64,000 nt of DNA from Glaucostegus cemiculus (Eukaryota): contig CDPCPM010000033.1 of assembly GCA_976551045.1 (NCBI GenBank), forward strand, positions 10,354,001-10,418,000. Reading direction: 5' to 3'. Both the position numbers and the translations under genes were made by a program. Positions within the stretch are counted from its first letter, which is position 1; every line of letters begins with the position of its first letter. Below the pieces are notes generated by a model. It made no database searches and was not told where the DNA came from. It saw only the letters and a program-made list of their open reading frames with translations. Below, one piece after another: positions 1-10,976 of this stretch.

Positions 1-39
1 CAAAAGCTGCAGACCTTCTGTCAGGAATGTTAGGTTAAG

Positions 40-165
40 ATACCAAAAGAAAAATACTGCAAGTGTGGAAATCGGAAAGAAAACCAGAATTACTGGAAAA
101 ACTCAGGAGGTCACGCAATATCTGTGGAAAGAGGAACAGAGGTAGTGTTTCAGATTGATGAGCTT
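40..165 (-). mobile_element. Penelope-like element 3' tail (pseudo-LTR) relic
   Basis: ctggaaaaactcaggaggtcacgcaatatctgtggaaagaggaacagag...tgtttcag; same motif as the tails attached to the GIY-YIG C-terminal fragment at 9355-10090. Confidence 0.5.
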
Positions 166-1729
166 CCATGGTTAACATACTCTCTAAATCAAAATACTGA
201 GTAAAAGCAGGGAAATGAGGGCCAAGGTTGAAACTTTTAAGATGCACAGAGTTTCAAACTGTGAAAACTAAAATGTAATCTCAATGGTAGGAATGAACAT
301 TTGAATACTCTTCAAGGGAGATATCAATATATTCCACTGTGACATATATCCTGGATTGACATATGACTTCTGAGCTATAATTTTCATAATAAAAATTGAG
401 TTCAAAGTGACAATGTAATGTGCACAATTTCAGACTATTCAATGAGGAAAATTCAATTCCACACTAAAGATTTGACTGTAACTAATGTTGTCATTGTAAT
501 TCCAGTGGTACACTACACTTTCTGGCATGCTGATACCAAATGTATAATAACCATAACTGTTCAGTCATATCATTCTATTAACACAAACCTAAAGATAGCT
601 ATTCAAGTTATCTTTGCCACTGGTGGGAAAATGAACATAGTGGTGCTTGCTTCTGAGGACTGGTAGTATTTTTGGCATTTTTCTGTTGTTTTCTATTTGG
701 TAAAGAGCAAGGAAAATGTTAATGTCTGTAATAGTCCTATCACTGAGGGAAGTTTCTGTTAAAAGTGAATAAAAAAACAAATAATATTAAAAACAATCAG
801 CAAGTCTGTTACAATTGGAAGAATACAAATTTTTACTTTTCTCAATTTTAATATGCTTATACTTAGACAGTAACCTTTTAGTTATAGATGTATCCTTGTA
901 CATTGGTATGTATTTACAGCATATATATTTTATATTAAGTATGTTTTGGTTGGTAAGCAAAAAAATTAAAGATATTGTTAAAAATGTAATAGCCTCCCCA
1001 ATAGTCTTGATTAGTAATGTATCATTAGTTACTGTGCTGGATTACAGAAAGCAGCAATGTTCCAGGTACAATCACTACTACTAGTTAACTAGTTTCATTC
1101 AGAAGATTAGAATTTAATCAAATGCTCCCCCCAAGCAAGAGAGAAGAACTGTTAGCCATAGTCTCTCTTTCTAATACTGAGTTGAGGATGTTCCTATATG
1201 GAGACTGAGTTTTGTATCAACCCATTACCATGACTTATTCCATGGAACCAGTAAATGATTGTTCATTAAATGTAATGAACTGTAAACAAGTTGTGATACT
1301 CACCAAGTTCTCCAACTACCCTGGAAATCAGTAAATACTGCACTGTTAGATTGTTGTTTTCATGTTGTAAGCAATCTTTTTTTTTTTGCAAATAAGCTAT
1401 TACACAGAACCAATCAAATACAAACTTATATTACAAATGTTTAGAAGAGCAGCTGGGGATTGTCCTGAAATGGAGAGAGATCTAAGTTGATTGTACCATT
1501 AAGAAAAATATGGGAGTTAAATTTGTTTACCCCTGAAAAAATGTGTGGAGATTATGATGTGGCATTAAATTACTCTTATCATTCCAATGCCACTTTCATG
1601 TTTACAGCTAATTAACATAATTCATTTGAGAGGCGGAACTAATTGTCTTGTGTTTTACCTTTGTGCCTTAGCAAGGGATTCAATATTGTGAATGGCCCGC
1701 ACTAGTTAAAACCAGCATGCATCTCCAAA

Positions 1730-1960
1730 GTGGAAGCTGCATTGTGGGTGGAGCTGGTGGACGATTTCTATCAGGATGACCTTACCAAAGGACAAATGTC
1801 TAACGGACTGTATGAGCAGGAGAATTGCTTGCTGAACAGCCTGAATGGATATGGCCTTCTGTTCATTGTTCTCCTCCCTTCTCTGCCTTTATCCTGCACT
1901 GTGTTCCTTCTCCTCATTCTCCAAGTCACATTCTATTACATCAAGAATGCCATTAATACT
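1730..1960 (-). mobile_element. Possible decayed PIF/Harbinger (HARBI1-like) transposase N-terminal fragment
   Basis: Minus strand reads RRPYPFRLFSKQFS then, frameshifted, VILIEIVHQLHPQ, resembling the N-terminus of fish/shark Harbinger-type transposases. Recalled similarity only. Confidence 0.3.
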
Positions 1961-2529
1961 GGCATAGCTGTGAATAACTGGATTGAGAATTCAGCAAAAA
2001 AGTCTGATGGTGCTTGCCACATAATTTCTAAAGACTTTAGAAAGTTTAAAGAACTAAAAAGCACTTAGTTGTCATGCAGTCATACCAACAGCAAGTAGAA
2101 ATCATTCAGCTACCAATCCAAATATATGGTTTCAATTATGTTTAAAACAGAATGTAAGCTGAACCCTCTGTTTCTAAGATGTTAGTTCTGGTTCAGAAAC
2201 AGTATTGGATGCTGGTTTGCTTTCATCATTTTCTTTCTCTACCCACCCCTAGCATGCATGTCAATGCTCTTATTCCATAGCATCAAAAATAGCTCACATT
2301 TTGAACACATGCAACCTTAAGTCACTGTATTGGAACTCAACATCACCCCAGCATTAAAGAATAAACAATATTTTAGAACTTTATTTTGTGGACCTATGCA
2401 TCTGACACCGTTTGTTGATTAATAATGCATTTGGATGAAGGAATTCGTAGATTCACAAAACAGTAGTTAGGTTAAGCAATTTTATTTCATTCAGTAAATC
2501 ATAAATGTAATTTAAAGACATTAAACAGA

Positions 2530-3110
2530 ACTAACAATTATAAATGGTTTTTGATGTCCTGGAATGAAGTATATTAGCTATAAAGAGGGCTGGAGAAACT
2601 TTGATTGTTTTGTCTGGAGTATCAGAGACCTGATATAAAATTATGAGAGGCATGGTCAGTCTTTTTTCCCAAGGTGGAAGTGTTAAATAATAGAGGGCAT
2701 AGGTTTACATTGAGAGGGGGAAAGATTAAAGGAGGTTTGTGAGGCAAATTTTTCTACACAGAGAGTGGTAGGTGCTTGAAATGTACTGCCGGGGGAGGTG
2801 GTAGAAACAGATATGACAGCAATATTTAACATAGAACAAACATAGAACATAGAACAATACAGCACAGAACAGGCCCTTCGGCCCATCAAGCTGTGCCATC
2901 CTACAAACATCTCCCAAACTAACTCTTTCCACCCTCATATCCTACTATTCCACATATATTTAAGAGGGATTTAGACAGGCACATGAACAGGCAGGGAATG
3001 GTGGGATAGGGAGCATGTGCAGACAGATGGGATTCATTTAATTTGGCATCGTGGTCAGTGGAACATGGTGGGTTGAGGGTCTGTTCTCGTGCTGTACTTT
3101 TCTATGTTTC
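2530..3110 (+). mobile_element. CR1 LINE 3' fragment, interrupted by a short opposite-strand CR1 tip
   Basis: Decayed RT C-terminal coding motifs (agagggcataggttta..., cagagagtggtaggtgcttgaaat) and CR1 3' UTR (gggttgagggtctgttctcgtgctgtac). Confidence 0.8.
2830..2955 (-). mobile_element. Very short 5'-truncated CR1 3' end with 8-bp TSD
   Basis: (catagaa)n tail plus cagcacagaacaggcccttcggccc; flanked by ATATTTAA at 2822-2829 and 2956-2963. Confidence 0.8.
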
Positions 3111-4209
3111 TTTGAATGTTGCTACCTAATAAATAGGGATTAAGGTCAGCTTGATGCTCACTAGACTTGTCCTTTGTAAAGTACAGTGGTATTTTGAGCA
3201 TATGAATGGAACCTAGCTCTTTCAGACCACCAGTGTATCAATGCAAAATACCAACCGCACTGCTCTTGGTACATTTTGAGTTCTCCTAAAATTTAACTCC
3301 AGTAAAGAAGATACCCTAAACACAACTTACCTTACATGCTTCACAAAAGATTTATAGTTTCCAATTAAGTGGAAAACAATGAATTGATTATTGACTATAG
3401 GTATGAGCTGCTCAATCCTTTATACTTACAGGGACTATGTACTCCCTCTGCTGGTGGATCTTTTACATTGCACCAAGCCAACATATACCTCGCAAGGTAA
3501 AAATTGTTATTTTTTTAAAAAGAAGTTTCAAGGCAATAATGAACATATGGACTTGCTTGTGCTTAAACATTTTTAAATCAATTCAAACAAAATTATTCTT
3601 GTGATATACAATTTCTCAGAAATGAGTGCGGCCAAATGAGGGAGTGTGCTCAATCCTGCTTCCTCGAACTCTGTGGGAGTGAAAGATCTCAGTGGCCTCA
3701 TTTTTCAAACACTATGGTACACTTTCACATCTATTGGATGAATTGCTCCAGATACCATGTTAATGAATGTGTTTGTGTACAGTGAATTGTGACAGGCGTG
3801 GAAAGAGCTGCTGATTATTACAACATTCAATACTCCCATTTTGGAGCTCAATCCTCCAGATTAAATCCCTTCTAATCTGCATACTTGACCAATTAATCAG
3901 CAGTATCATGATTCAGAAGGTTCAATAACTACTGATGGGTTAGTTGTTGGTTGGTCTCTTCTGCTGCAGCTATAGTTCTGCATTTTTTTCTATTTATGTT
4001 TTGAAGTTGTATAAGACTACAGGGCAGGTACTGGAGGAACCTTTAACTTCAAGATTCCACACAAATTACCACCAAATATAGATACATTAGTTAATATTCA
4101 GTACAGCATGACTGGAATGTCTTCCATCTGAACCTCACCAAAGAACAATATGCAAGGTGTCTGCACGTTCAGAAAAGGGCATTGACTTTATTCCATGCTT
4201 TGGTGAGGT

Positions 4210-4695
4210 CAGAATCAGATTCAGGTTTATTATCACTGACGTACGTTGTGAAATTTGTTGTTTTGGAGCAGCAGTACAATGCAAGACTTAAAGATTACAA
4301 TAATTTACAAAAAAAAATAGTGCACCCCAAAAGGGGAATAATGAGATAGTGTTATGGGTTCATGGACCTTTCAGAAATCTGATGGTGGAGGGGAAGATGC
4401 TGTTTCTGAAACATTGGGTGTGGGTCTTCGGCTCCTGTACCTCCTCTCTGATGGCAAAGAGGGCATGTCCCGGGTGGTGAGGGTCCTTAATGATGGATGC
4501 CACCTTCTTGAGGCACAACCGCTTGAAGGAGTCCTCGATGGAGAGGAGGGTTGTGCCCTTGATGGAGCTGGCTGAGCCTACAACCCTCTGCAGCTTCTTT
4601 CAATCCTACGCATTGGAGCCTCCATACCAGGTGGTGATGCAATCAGTCAGAATGCTCTCTGCCGTACAGCTGTAGAAATTTGCAAGGGTCTTTGG
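4210..4695 (-). mobile_element. Rex1/Babar LINE 3' fragment
   Basis: Minus strand encodes the decayed ILT.CIT.WYG...RKKLQRVV...IIKDPHHPGHALF..PS.RRYRS C-terminus and 3' UTR; homologous to 31354-31965. Confidence 0.75.
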
Positions 4696-4714
4696 TTGTC
4701 ATTATTAAAGCATA

Positions 4715-5840
4715 AATATAAGAACATAAGAAGCAGTAGGTGGATAAGCACATCCACCCCCCTCAGTCCTGCCTTGGCCAATATTGTGCCATACCTCATA
4801 TCTTATTAACCTAGTACCAAAAATCTCTTGTCCTCTGCCTTGAATATACTCATCAGCTGAGCACCCAGCACCATTTGAGGAAACAAATTAATCATATTGA
4901 CAATCTTGGTATTGGTATTGGTTCATTATTGTCACTTGTTTATTATTGTCTCTTATACCAAGGTACAGTGAAAAACTTGTCGTGCATACCATTTGTACAA
5001 ATCAATTCATTACACAGTGCAGGTACATTGAGTTAGTAGAGAGTGCATTGATGTAGTACAGGTAAAAACAATAACAATATAGAATAAAGTGTCACAACTA
5101 CAGAGAAAGTGTATTGCAGGTAGACAATCTATATATAGAATTGTATAAAGAAATCTACCTGCATCCCAGAGTAAATTGCTGATCCCCAATCCTTGGCCTT
5201 GGCTTCTTCTGTATCCAACTATTATCTCATTTCTCACAGCTTAAAAAGGTATTATTTTTATATTCATCCTACCAAAGTGCATAACTTCATAGTTCCTCAT
5301 GTTTTGCATGATCTGTCATCTAACTGTCCATCTGTTTATCCTGCCTATATCGCTTAGAATAAGTGTGGTGTCCTCCTCCTTTCCCATTTGGATTTGTTTC
5401 ATCAGTAAACTTGGATTGCATTCCGTCTTTATCAAAAACATAAGTATGATTAGTGAATAGCTGAAGACCCTGTAAAGATCTGTATGGCAACCCACTAATT
5501 GTAGCCTACCAACTTGAAAAATACTCATTATTTCTACTCCCTATTTATCCTTTAACCAGTTCTCTAGCCACATTAACAGGTGCTCAGAATGCCATGGACA
5601 CTTAATTTGTTTCACAACCATTTTGTTGTACTTTATGAAATTATTTTTAAAGTACAGATGTACAACACCCTCCTTCCACTTTGCTGGTAACTCTTTAGAG
5701 TTTTAAAAATATTTTCCCCTCATGAAATCCCACTGACTGCCTAATTACATTATGATCTATATACTATGTTGCCAATTTCTTGATGGACTCCAGTATTTTG
5801 TCAGTATCAAATAACATGCTAAGCTGTCATGCCTACTTGA
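4715..5840 (-). mobile_element. Heavily decayed CR1 LINE, interrupted by a Rex1 3' UTR
   Basis: (cataagaa)n tail at ~4715-4735 and scattered RT-region antisense motifs (ccaaagtgcataacttca, tttcatcagtaaacttgg). Confidence 0.5.
4905..5130 (-). mobile_element. Rex1/Babar 3' UTR fragment
   Basis: (ggtatt)n tail and aggtacagtgaaaaacttgtc...caattcattacacagtgc; near-identical to 31354-31520. Confidence 0.75.
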
Positions 5841-6429
5841 TCCTTGCTGAAGAACAAATGGCTGAAATAGGAAGTCTGTGCACATCACACAGTTTGTTAT
5901 CCACTATTATACAAGGGAGGCCACTGATGGCCTCTAACCAAGGAGAGCTAATTGTATTTCATTCTCTCCTGCTAGAGACCAGTGGGCAAAGAGAGCTCTC
6001 AGCTTTGCAAGGAATGTAGGGTTTCTGATAGTGGAGGGAGACATTAACTACATAGACTTGATTTGCAGGAAAAAAATGTCAAGTTTGTCCCATAGCAAAG
6101 CAGAAAGAAATTTTGGTCCTTCAACACCCATCTAACAAATGACCATATTTAATGCATCGTAGGGGTCAACATCTGTTATCTTGACAGTTGTCATGGTACC
6201 TTTATTCTGCAATGGCTTCTTGTGCCAGCAGCTGGTGGGCTTTGAGGGCTATTTACCAAAGACATGGCTCAGGAGTCCAAAGGACAATTTACATACACTA
6301 ACAGAACGGATGCAATGAAATCAGGCTAACTCAACTCAAAATGTGGTTATAGAACATTGGCATACAGAAATAATACCTTTCTGGCCCCTTTCACTCTTGT
6401 CGACCCCTGAGCATGCATTGAGCAGGCAT

Positions 6430-6740
6430 CAAGATAAAACAAGACAAGATATTTTTATTAGTCACATGTACGTTGAAACACACAATGAAATGCACCTTTT
6501 GCATAGAGTGTTCTGGGGGCAGCCTGCAAGTTTCACCATGCTTCTGGCACCAACATAGCATGCCCACAACTTCCTAACCTGTATGTCTTTGGAATGTGGG
6601 AGGAAACCAGAGCACCCGGAGGAAACCCACGCAATCACGAGGAGAATGTACAAATCCCTTACAGACCGCGGCCGGAATTAAACCCGGGTCTCTGGCACTG
6701 TAATAGCATTATGCTAACTGCTACACTACCGTGCTTGCCC
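6430..6740 (-). mobile_element. tRNA-derived V-SINE (HE1-like head and V domain) with Rex1/Babar-like tail
   Basis: Minus strand: A-box-like TAGTGTAGCAG, B-box-like GGTTTAATTCC, V-domain GGGTTTCCTCCGGGTGCTCTGGTTTCCTCCCACATTCCAAAGAC; ends TACATGTGACTAATAAA and (TCTTG)n. Confidence 0.85.
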
Positions 6741-7135
6741 TTAGGAATAGTAAAGGGAAAAAATACTGGTGGGAGTTGTCTATAGGCCACCAAATAATAA
6801 CATTACAGTGGCACAGGTAATAAACCAAAAAGTAAATGTAGCAGAGGATGCAGAGAGTTTACAGAGAGTTATAGATAGGTTAAGTGAGTGGGCAAGGGTC
6901 TGGCAGATGGAGTACAATGCTGGTAAATGCAAGCTCATCCACTCTGGAAGGAAAAATAGAAGATCAGATTATTATTTAAATGGTGAAAGATTGCAGCATG
7001 CTGCTGTGCAGAAGGACTTGGAAGTGCTTATGCATGATTTGCAAAAGGTTGGATTGCAGGTGCAACAGGTTATCAAGAAGGCAAATGGAATGTTGGCCTT
7101 CATTGCTAGAGGGATTGAACTTAAGAGCAGGGAAA
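6741..7135 (+). mobile_element. Internally deleted CR1 ORF2 fragment (endonuclease fused to post-RT region)
   Basis: ORF 6769-7188: GVVYRPPN (APE endonuclease) runs directly into AEDAESLQRVIDRLSEWARVWQMEYNAGKC...KKANGMLAFIARG. Confidence 0.85.
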
Positions 7136-7299
7136 ATTTAAGATTCATGATGGTCTACTGCATGTTGTATTACCTTGTTAACTTGTGATGACATCAACTA
7201 AATTAAGAGCGTTTGTGGAACAGTAGCATAATTCAGAGGAGGAACTGGAAGTGGATGAGAAAGGTAAGAAACAACTTTCTAGTCAAGCTTTCCTTTGTT

Positions 7300-7790
7300 T
7301 TTTTTTCTCTTGGAATATTGGTATCACTGGTAATGCTTTATCCTTGTCGTTGAGAAGTTTGTGTTGAGTTGCCACTTTGAACACTGCATTCTTCACGGTG
7401 AAGGTATCCCACAATTCCCTTGGATTAGGAGTCCCAGAATTTGGACCCAGCAACAAAGAAGGAACAGCAATATGTTTCCAAGTTAGGATGGTATGCAACA
7501 TGGAAGGGGACGTGGAAGTGACAGTGTTTCTGTGCTCCTGAAGCTGGTAGAGGTCACCATCAGAATAGCCAGGACAGTAACATTGATGTATTTTGTGGGT
7601 GATACACTCTGTGACCGTGGCATGGCAGTGGTGAAGTGAATTAATGTTTGCGGTGCTAATCATTGTTCTGGATGGGGTCGAGCTGCTTGAGTGTTGTTGG
7701 AGTAGCTCTCATCTGGATAAGTGGAGAATACTCCATTATCAGAGTTACATCTTGCAGGTAGTGAAAAGGCATTGGAGTGTCATGAAAGTG
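7300..7790 (-). mobile_element. 3' fragment of a second (CR1-group) LINE family
   Basis: Shares blocks with 44080-44330 (gagaag.t.gtg.tgag, ctctcat-c-gg-aa-tggag); minus-strand LTWKHIAVPSLLLG motif. Confidence 0.55.
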
Positions 7791-8989
7791 AAAGTAAACA
7801 AGAGAGGAGCTATAATAAAAGATCTAATATAAGAATATATGCACTGATAACAATGCTGATAGAGAATTTCAGCTCTTTTTGAGAATGCAAAATTATCATC
7901 AAGCCAGCTCAACAAGTTCAATAGAGCTGTACAGATCAATATTTGGTCCTATTCTGCACTTGCCATCTAAGATTAAGGAAAGAAAAAAATTGGGTAAGAT
8001 TCCATGATAGTAACTGGTTTCCCTTTGAGAGTGTGTCCATGTAAACAATAAAGGATGGTGTCAGGTTTCCTTTTGATGTTTCTGCATCTTGCACATCCTG
8101 GTGTTCAATAAGTTACTGACAGTTGCTATTAGGAATGAAAAAAATATTTGCTTGGAACAAGTTATACGATATAATGAATCCCCAGGGGGTTACATCCTTC
8201 TGAGGAGCCAGCATCCTTGGGAGATGTGAGATCGATTGGCATAAGCATTATTTACATATGTATTAATATATCTGGACAGCTGTTCTTGTACCTGCAGAAT
8301 AGCCAAGCTAATATGTAAAAAAAAAATGAGTTGCAGTTAGTAACCCGTGAAGTGGTGTGAAATATTTTTTAATATCCCTCATTGGGGTATTGAAATCTCC
8401 TAATTCTTATTACTTGACATCTAGCTGTTTTATATTCAGTATCAAATCCCACTTTTCCATTAAATATGATACTTCTCAGATAAAGCACAGTAGAATGTTA
8501 TTTCAGCTCCCCTGACATCCAGATCCTGTTACTGATGACAGTGATGTGCCCTGAAGACTATTGAGAGTGACCTTGTATGGCTTATCATTTATCACAGGAT
8601 ATACTCCAATCATGTTACTACCATCCCTTATTTCTGTTTGGCCAGTTCCATACAAAAATAAAATGATGTAGTGCGATGAAAGATACATGTACTGCTGAGT
8701 TGTTATTCTCTTCAAAACAACATTGATTTCAAGGTTTTATTTCTTGGAAACAAAACACTTCTGAGAGGTGTTCTGTAGGTGTACATTTTAGGCTGAATTA
8801 GTAGTGTAGCCTACAAGGTTTTTAGCATGACAGTTTCAAGATTATGGACAAGATTATGCAATTTGGGGGAAAAATCCAATTACAGTTTCAGCAAGTGTCA
8901 GAGTTCAGAGCCCATATATAGTTACTGAAGACTTCTAACACATTGAGCTGGAAATTTGTTCACACTACTGCAGATTTACCCAGTTTCCA

Positions 8990-9090
8990 ATAGCACCTGA
9001 TGCAGGGTCTCAACATGAAACATTGACTATCCTTTTGCTTCCATAGATGCTGCCTGACCCGCTGAGTTCTTCCAACAGCTTTCCAGGATG
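8990..9090 (+). mobile_element. Penelope-like element 3' tail with degenerate hammerhead core
   Basis: CTGATGC-agggtctcaacat-GAAAC...gatgctgcctgacccgctgagttcttccaac; inverted relative to 9355-9450. Confidence 0.6.
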
Positions 9091-9354
9091 CCTTAGCACT
9101 TAGCATAAAGTTCATCTCGTCATTTTTCACCATGATTTCCATTTTGCCTGGCACTTTTTTTCCTGGTGTACAGCTTCCCGACTTGCATTAGCATTACTGT
9201 GAAATGAATAATTCACACTTCAGTGAGATTCTCAACCTCACTAGGCTGAAAATGGCAGTTATATTTACCACAGAAAAACCAGACCATACTCATCCAATTT
9301 TCTCTGAAACCAGGGCTAACTTTCAAACTGCATTCTTTGCCTTGAGATTAAAAC

Positions 9355-10090
9355 AAAAAAGTGAAAGGCATACTCAGTAGGTCAGGCAGCATCTATGGAG
9401 AGAAAAACAGAGTTAATGTTTCACATTGATGATCATTTAGTAGAACTGGAAAACTGGGTTTTAAACTCTAGAAAGGGGATGGTATGACAGAACTAAGGGA
9501 ATATCTGTGATAGGATGAAAACCGAGAACGCCCAGGTAATGCTGATGGTGGCATCTGAGAAAGGATAATGAATGCCTGTTAATGATTGTCGATCTTTCTG
9601 GAGGAGAGGTAAATAGAGAAAAATTAATTAGGCCAGTGGACAAAGGATAAAAGCAATGCTGGAACTGCAAAATGCAAAAAAACACCAATTACTAGAAATC
9701 TGAAATAAAAGACAATGCTGGAAATAATGAGCAGATCAGGTAGAATTTGTGAAGAGAGAGAAACAAAAACTGTGTTAATTTTACAAGTGGATGTCCTTGC
9801 ACCAGAACAGGCCAGATCTGACTCAAGCAGGGGAAGGTGGTTATCTAAAATTGTTGAATTCAGTATTGAGTTCAGGGAGTGCAGCATGCCCAATGAGAAA
9901 ATTAGATAAGAGATGCTATTCCTCAAGCTTACTTTGGACTTTGTCGAAGCAGCTTTAGAGATCAAAGGCAGAGTGAGAGTGGGAATAGAGGATAGAAATG
10001 ATCTGCAACTGCAAGTTCAGTGGAGGTATTCTGCAAAGTTGTCATCCAATCTGTGTTTGTTTTCTCAAAAGTATGGGAGACCTTCCTGCC
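9355..10090 (-). mobile_element. Penelope-like element relic: GIY-YIG C-terminus plus two tandem 3' tails
   Basis: Minus strand 9840-9930 reads KLEE*HL..LIFSLGML..LNTEFNNFR*, typical of the end of vertebrate PLE ORFs. Tail motif repeated at ~9365-9450 and ~9690-9800. Confidence 0.65.
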
Positions 10091-10434
10091 AAGAGCCCTT
10101 CTCAGCTTCCTCCTCTTCCCCCTTTTACCAAATGGTCCTACTCAACTCATTTTCCCAGTCATGCTGCATGGGAAGAGAATTATTTACTCATGTGCCCATG
10201 CCTGGTTGCATCTGATTTGTGCCAGTCTGGAAGTCAACAATAGGTCATTCAGCGCATTCTACAGCTTGTTCTGTAAACAATGTAAAACAACTAAAGAAAG
10301 TGGCAAACACATAGTATGGCAGAAGAAATTAATCAACCAACCACCATCTGTAAGTAGTGGATAATCCCTTTAAATCGTGCTGATGGGGAAGTCTTTTCTG
10401 CTGTTTGACACAATTAAAAATGAAAACAGGACAT

Positions 10435-10976
10435 TGTCATGATTCTGAGTACTGGCCCTTGATTTGGTTCCTTAGATGCCTTGTTGTACAGCACATGAAT
10501 TCCATGCTGGACTGATTGCACAATGACACACACCTGAGCCCCATCAGGGGCCAAGCAGAAGTACCTGGGTTTCTCTAGCACTAGTTGCCAGAGGATTGGT
10601 CAACCTTGAAGATTCAGTTTGGTTCCTACCTGCTTAGAGTGGTCTGCTCCAGACCAGTCCTGTGTTCTCTAGTCCTGCTTGAAGATTCAGTTTGTGTTGG
10701 GATTACTATTCAGATCTCTGAGGCAAGATTTCCTTCCAGCGTTGCTTGTGTCTGGTCCTGAGGAAGTATCCTGACTCCAGTCTTGTACCAGTGTGTGTTC
10801 TCTAGTCCTGCTTGAAGATTCAGTTTGTGTTGAGAGTACTACTCAGATCTCCGAGGCAAGATTTCCTTCCAGTGTTGCCTGTGTCCGGTCCTGAGGAAGT
10901 ACCCTGATTCCAGTCTTGTACCAGTGTGCTGCATTTGGGTTCTCTGTGAGCTTGCTCTTCAATCAACATTGTGACA
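10435..10976 (+). mobile_element. Solo LTR (family A) with a 133-bp internal tandem duplication
   Basis: TGTCA...TGACA termini; highly similar to 49794-50202. Duplicated unit 10661-10793 / 10794-10926 accounts exactly for the length difference (542 vs 409 bp). Only a 3-bp flank match (CAT). Strand is tentative. Confidence 0.85.

Noticed and set aside
6660-6740. tRNA gene
   Set aside because: The tRNA-like A/B boxes are the head of a V-SINE, followed directly by the V domain.
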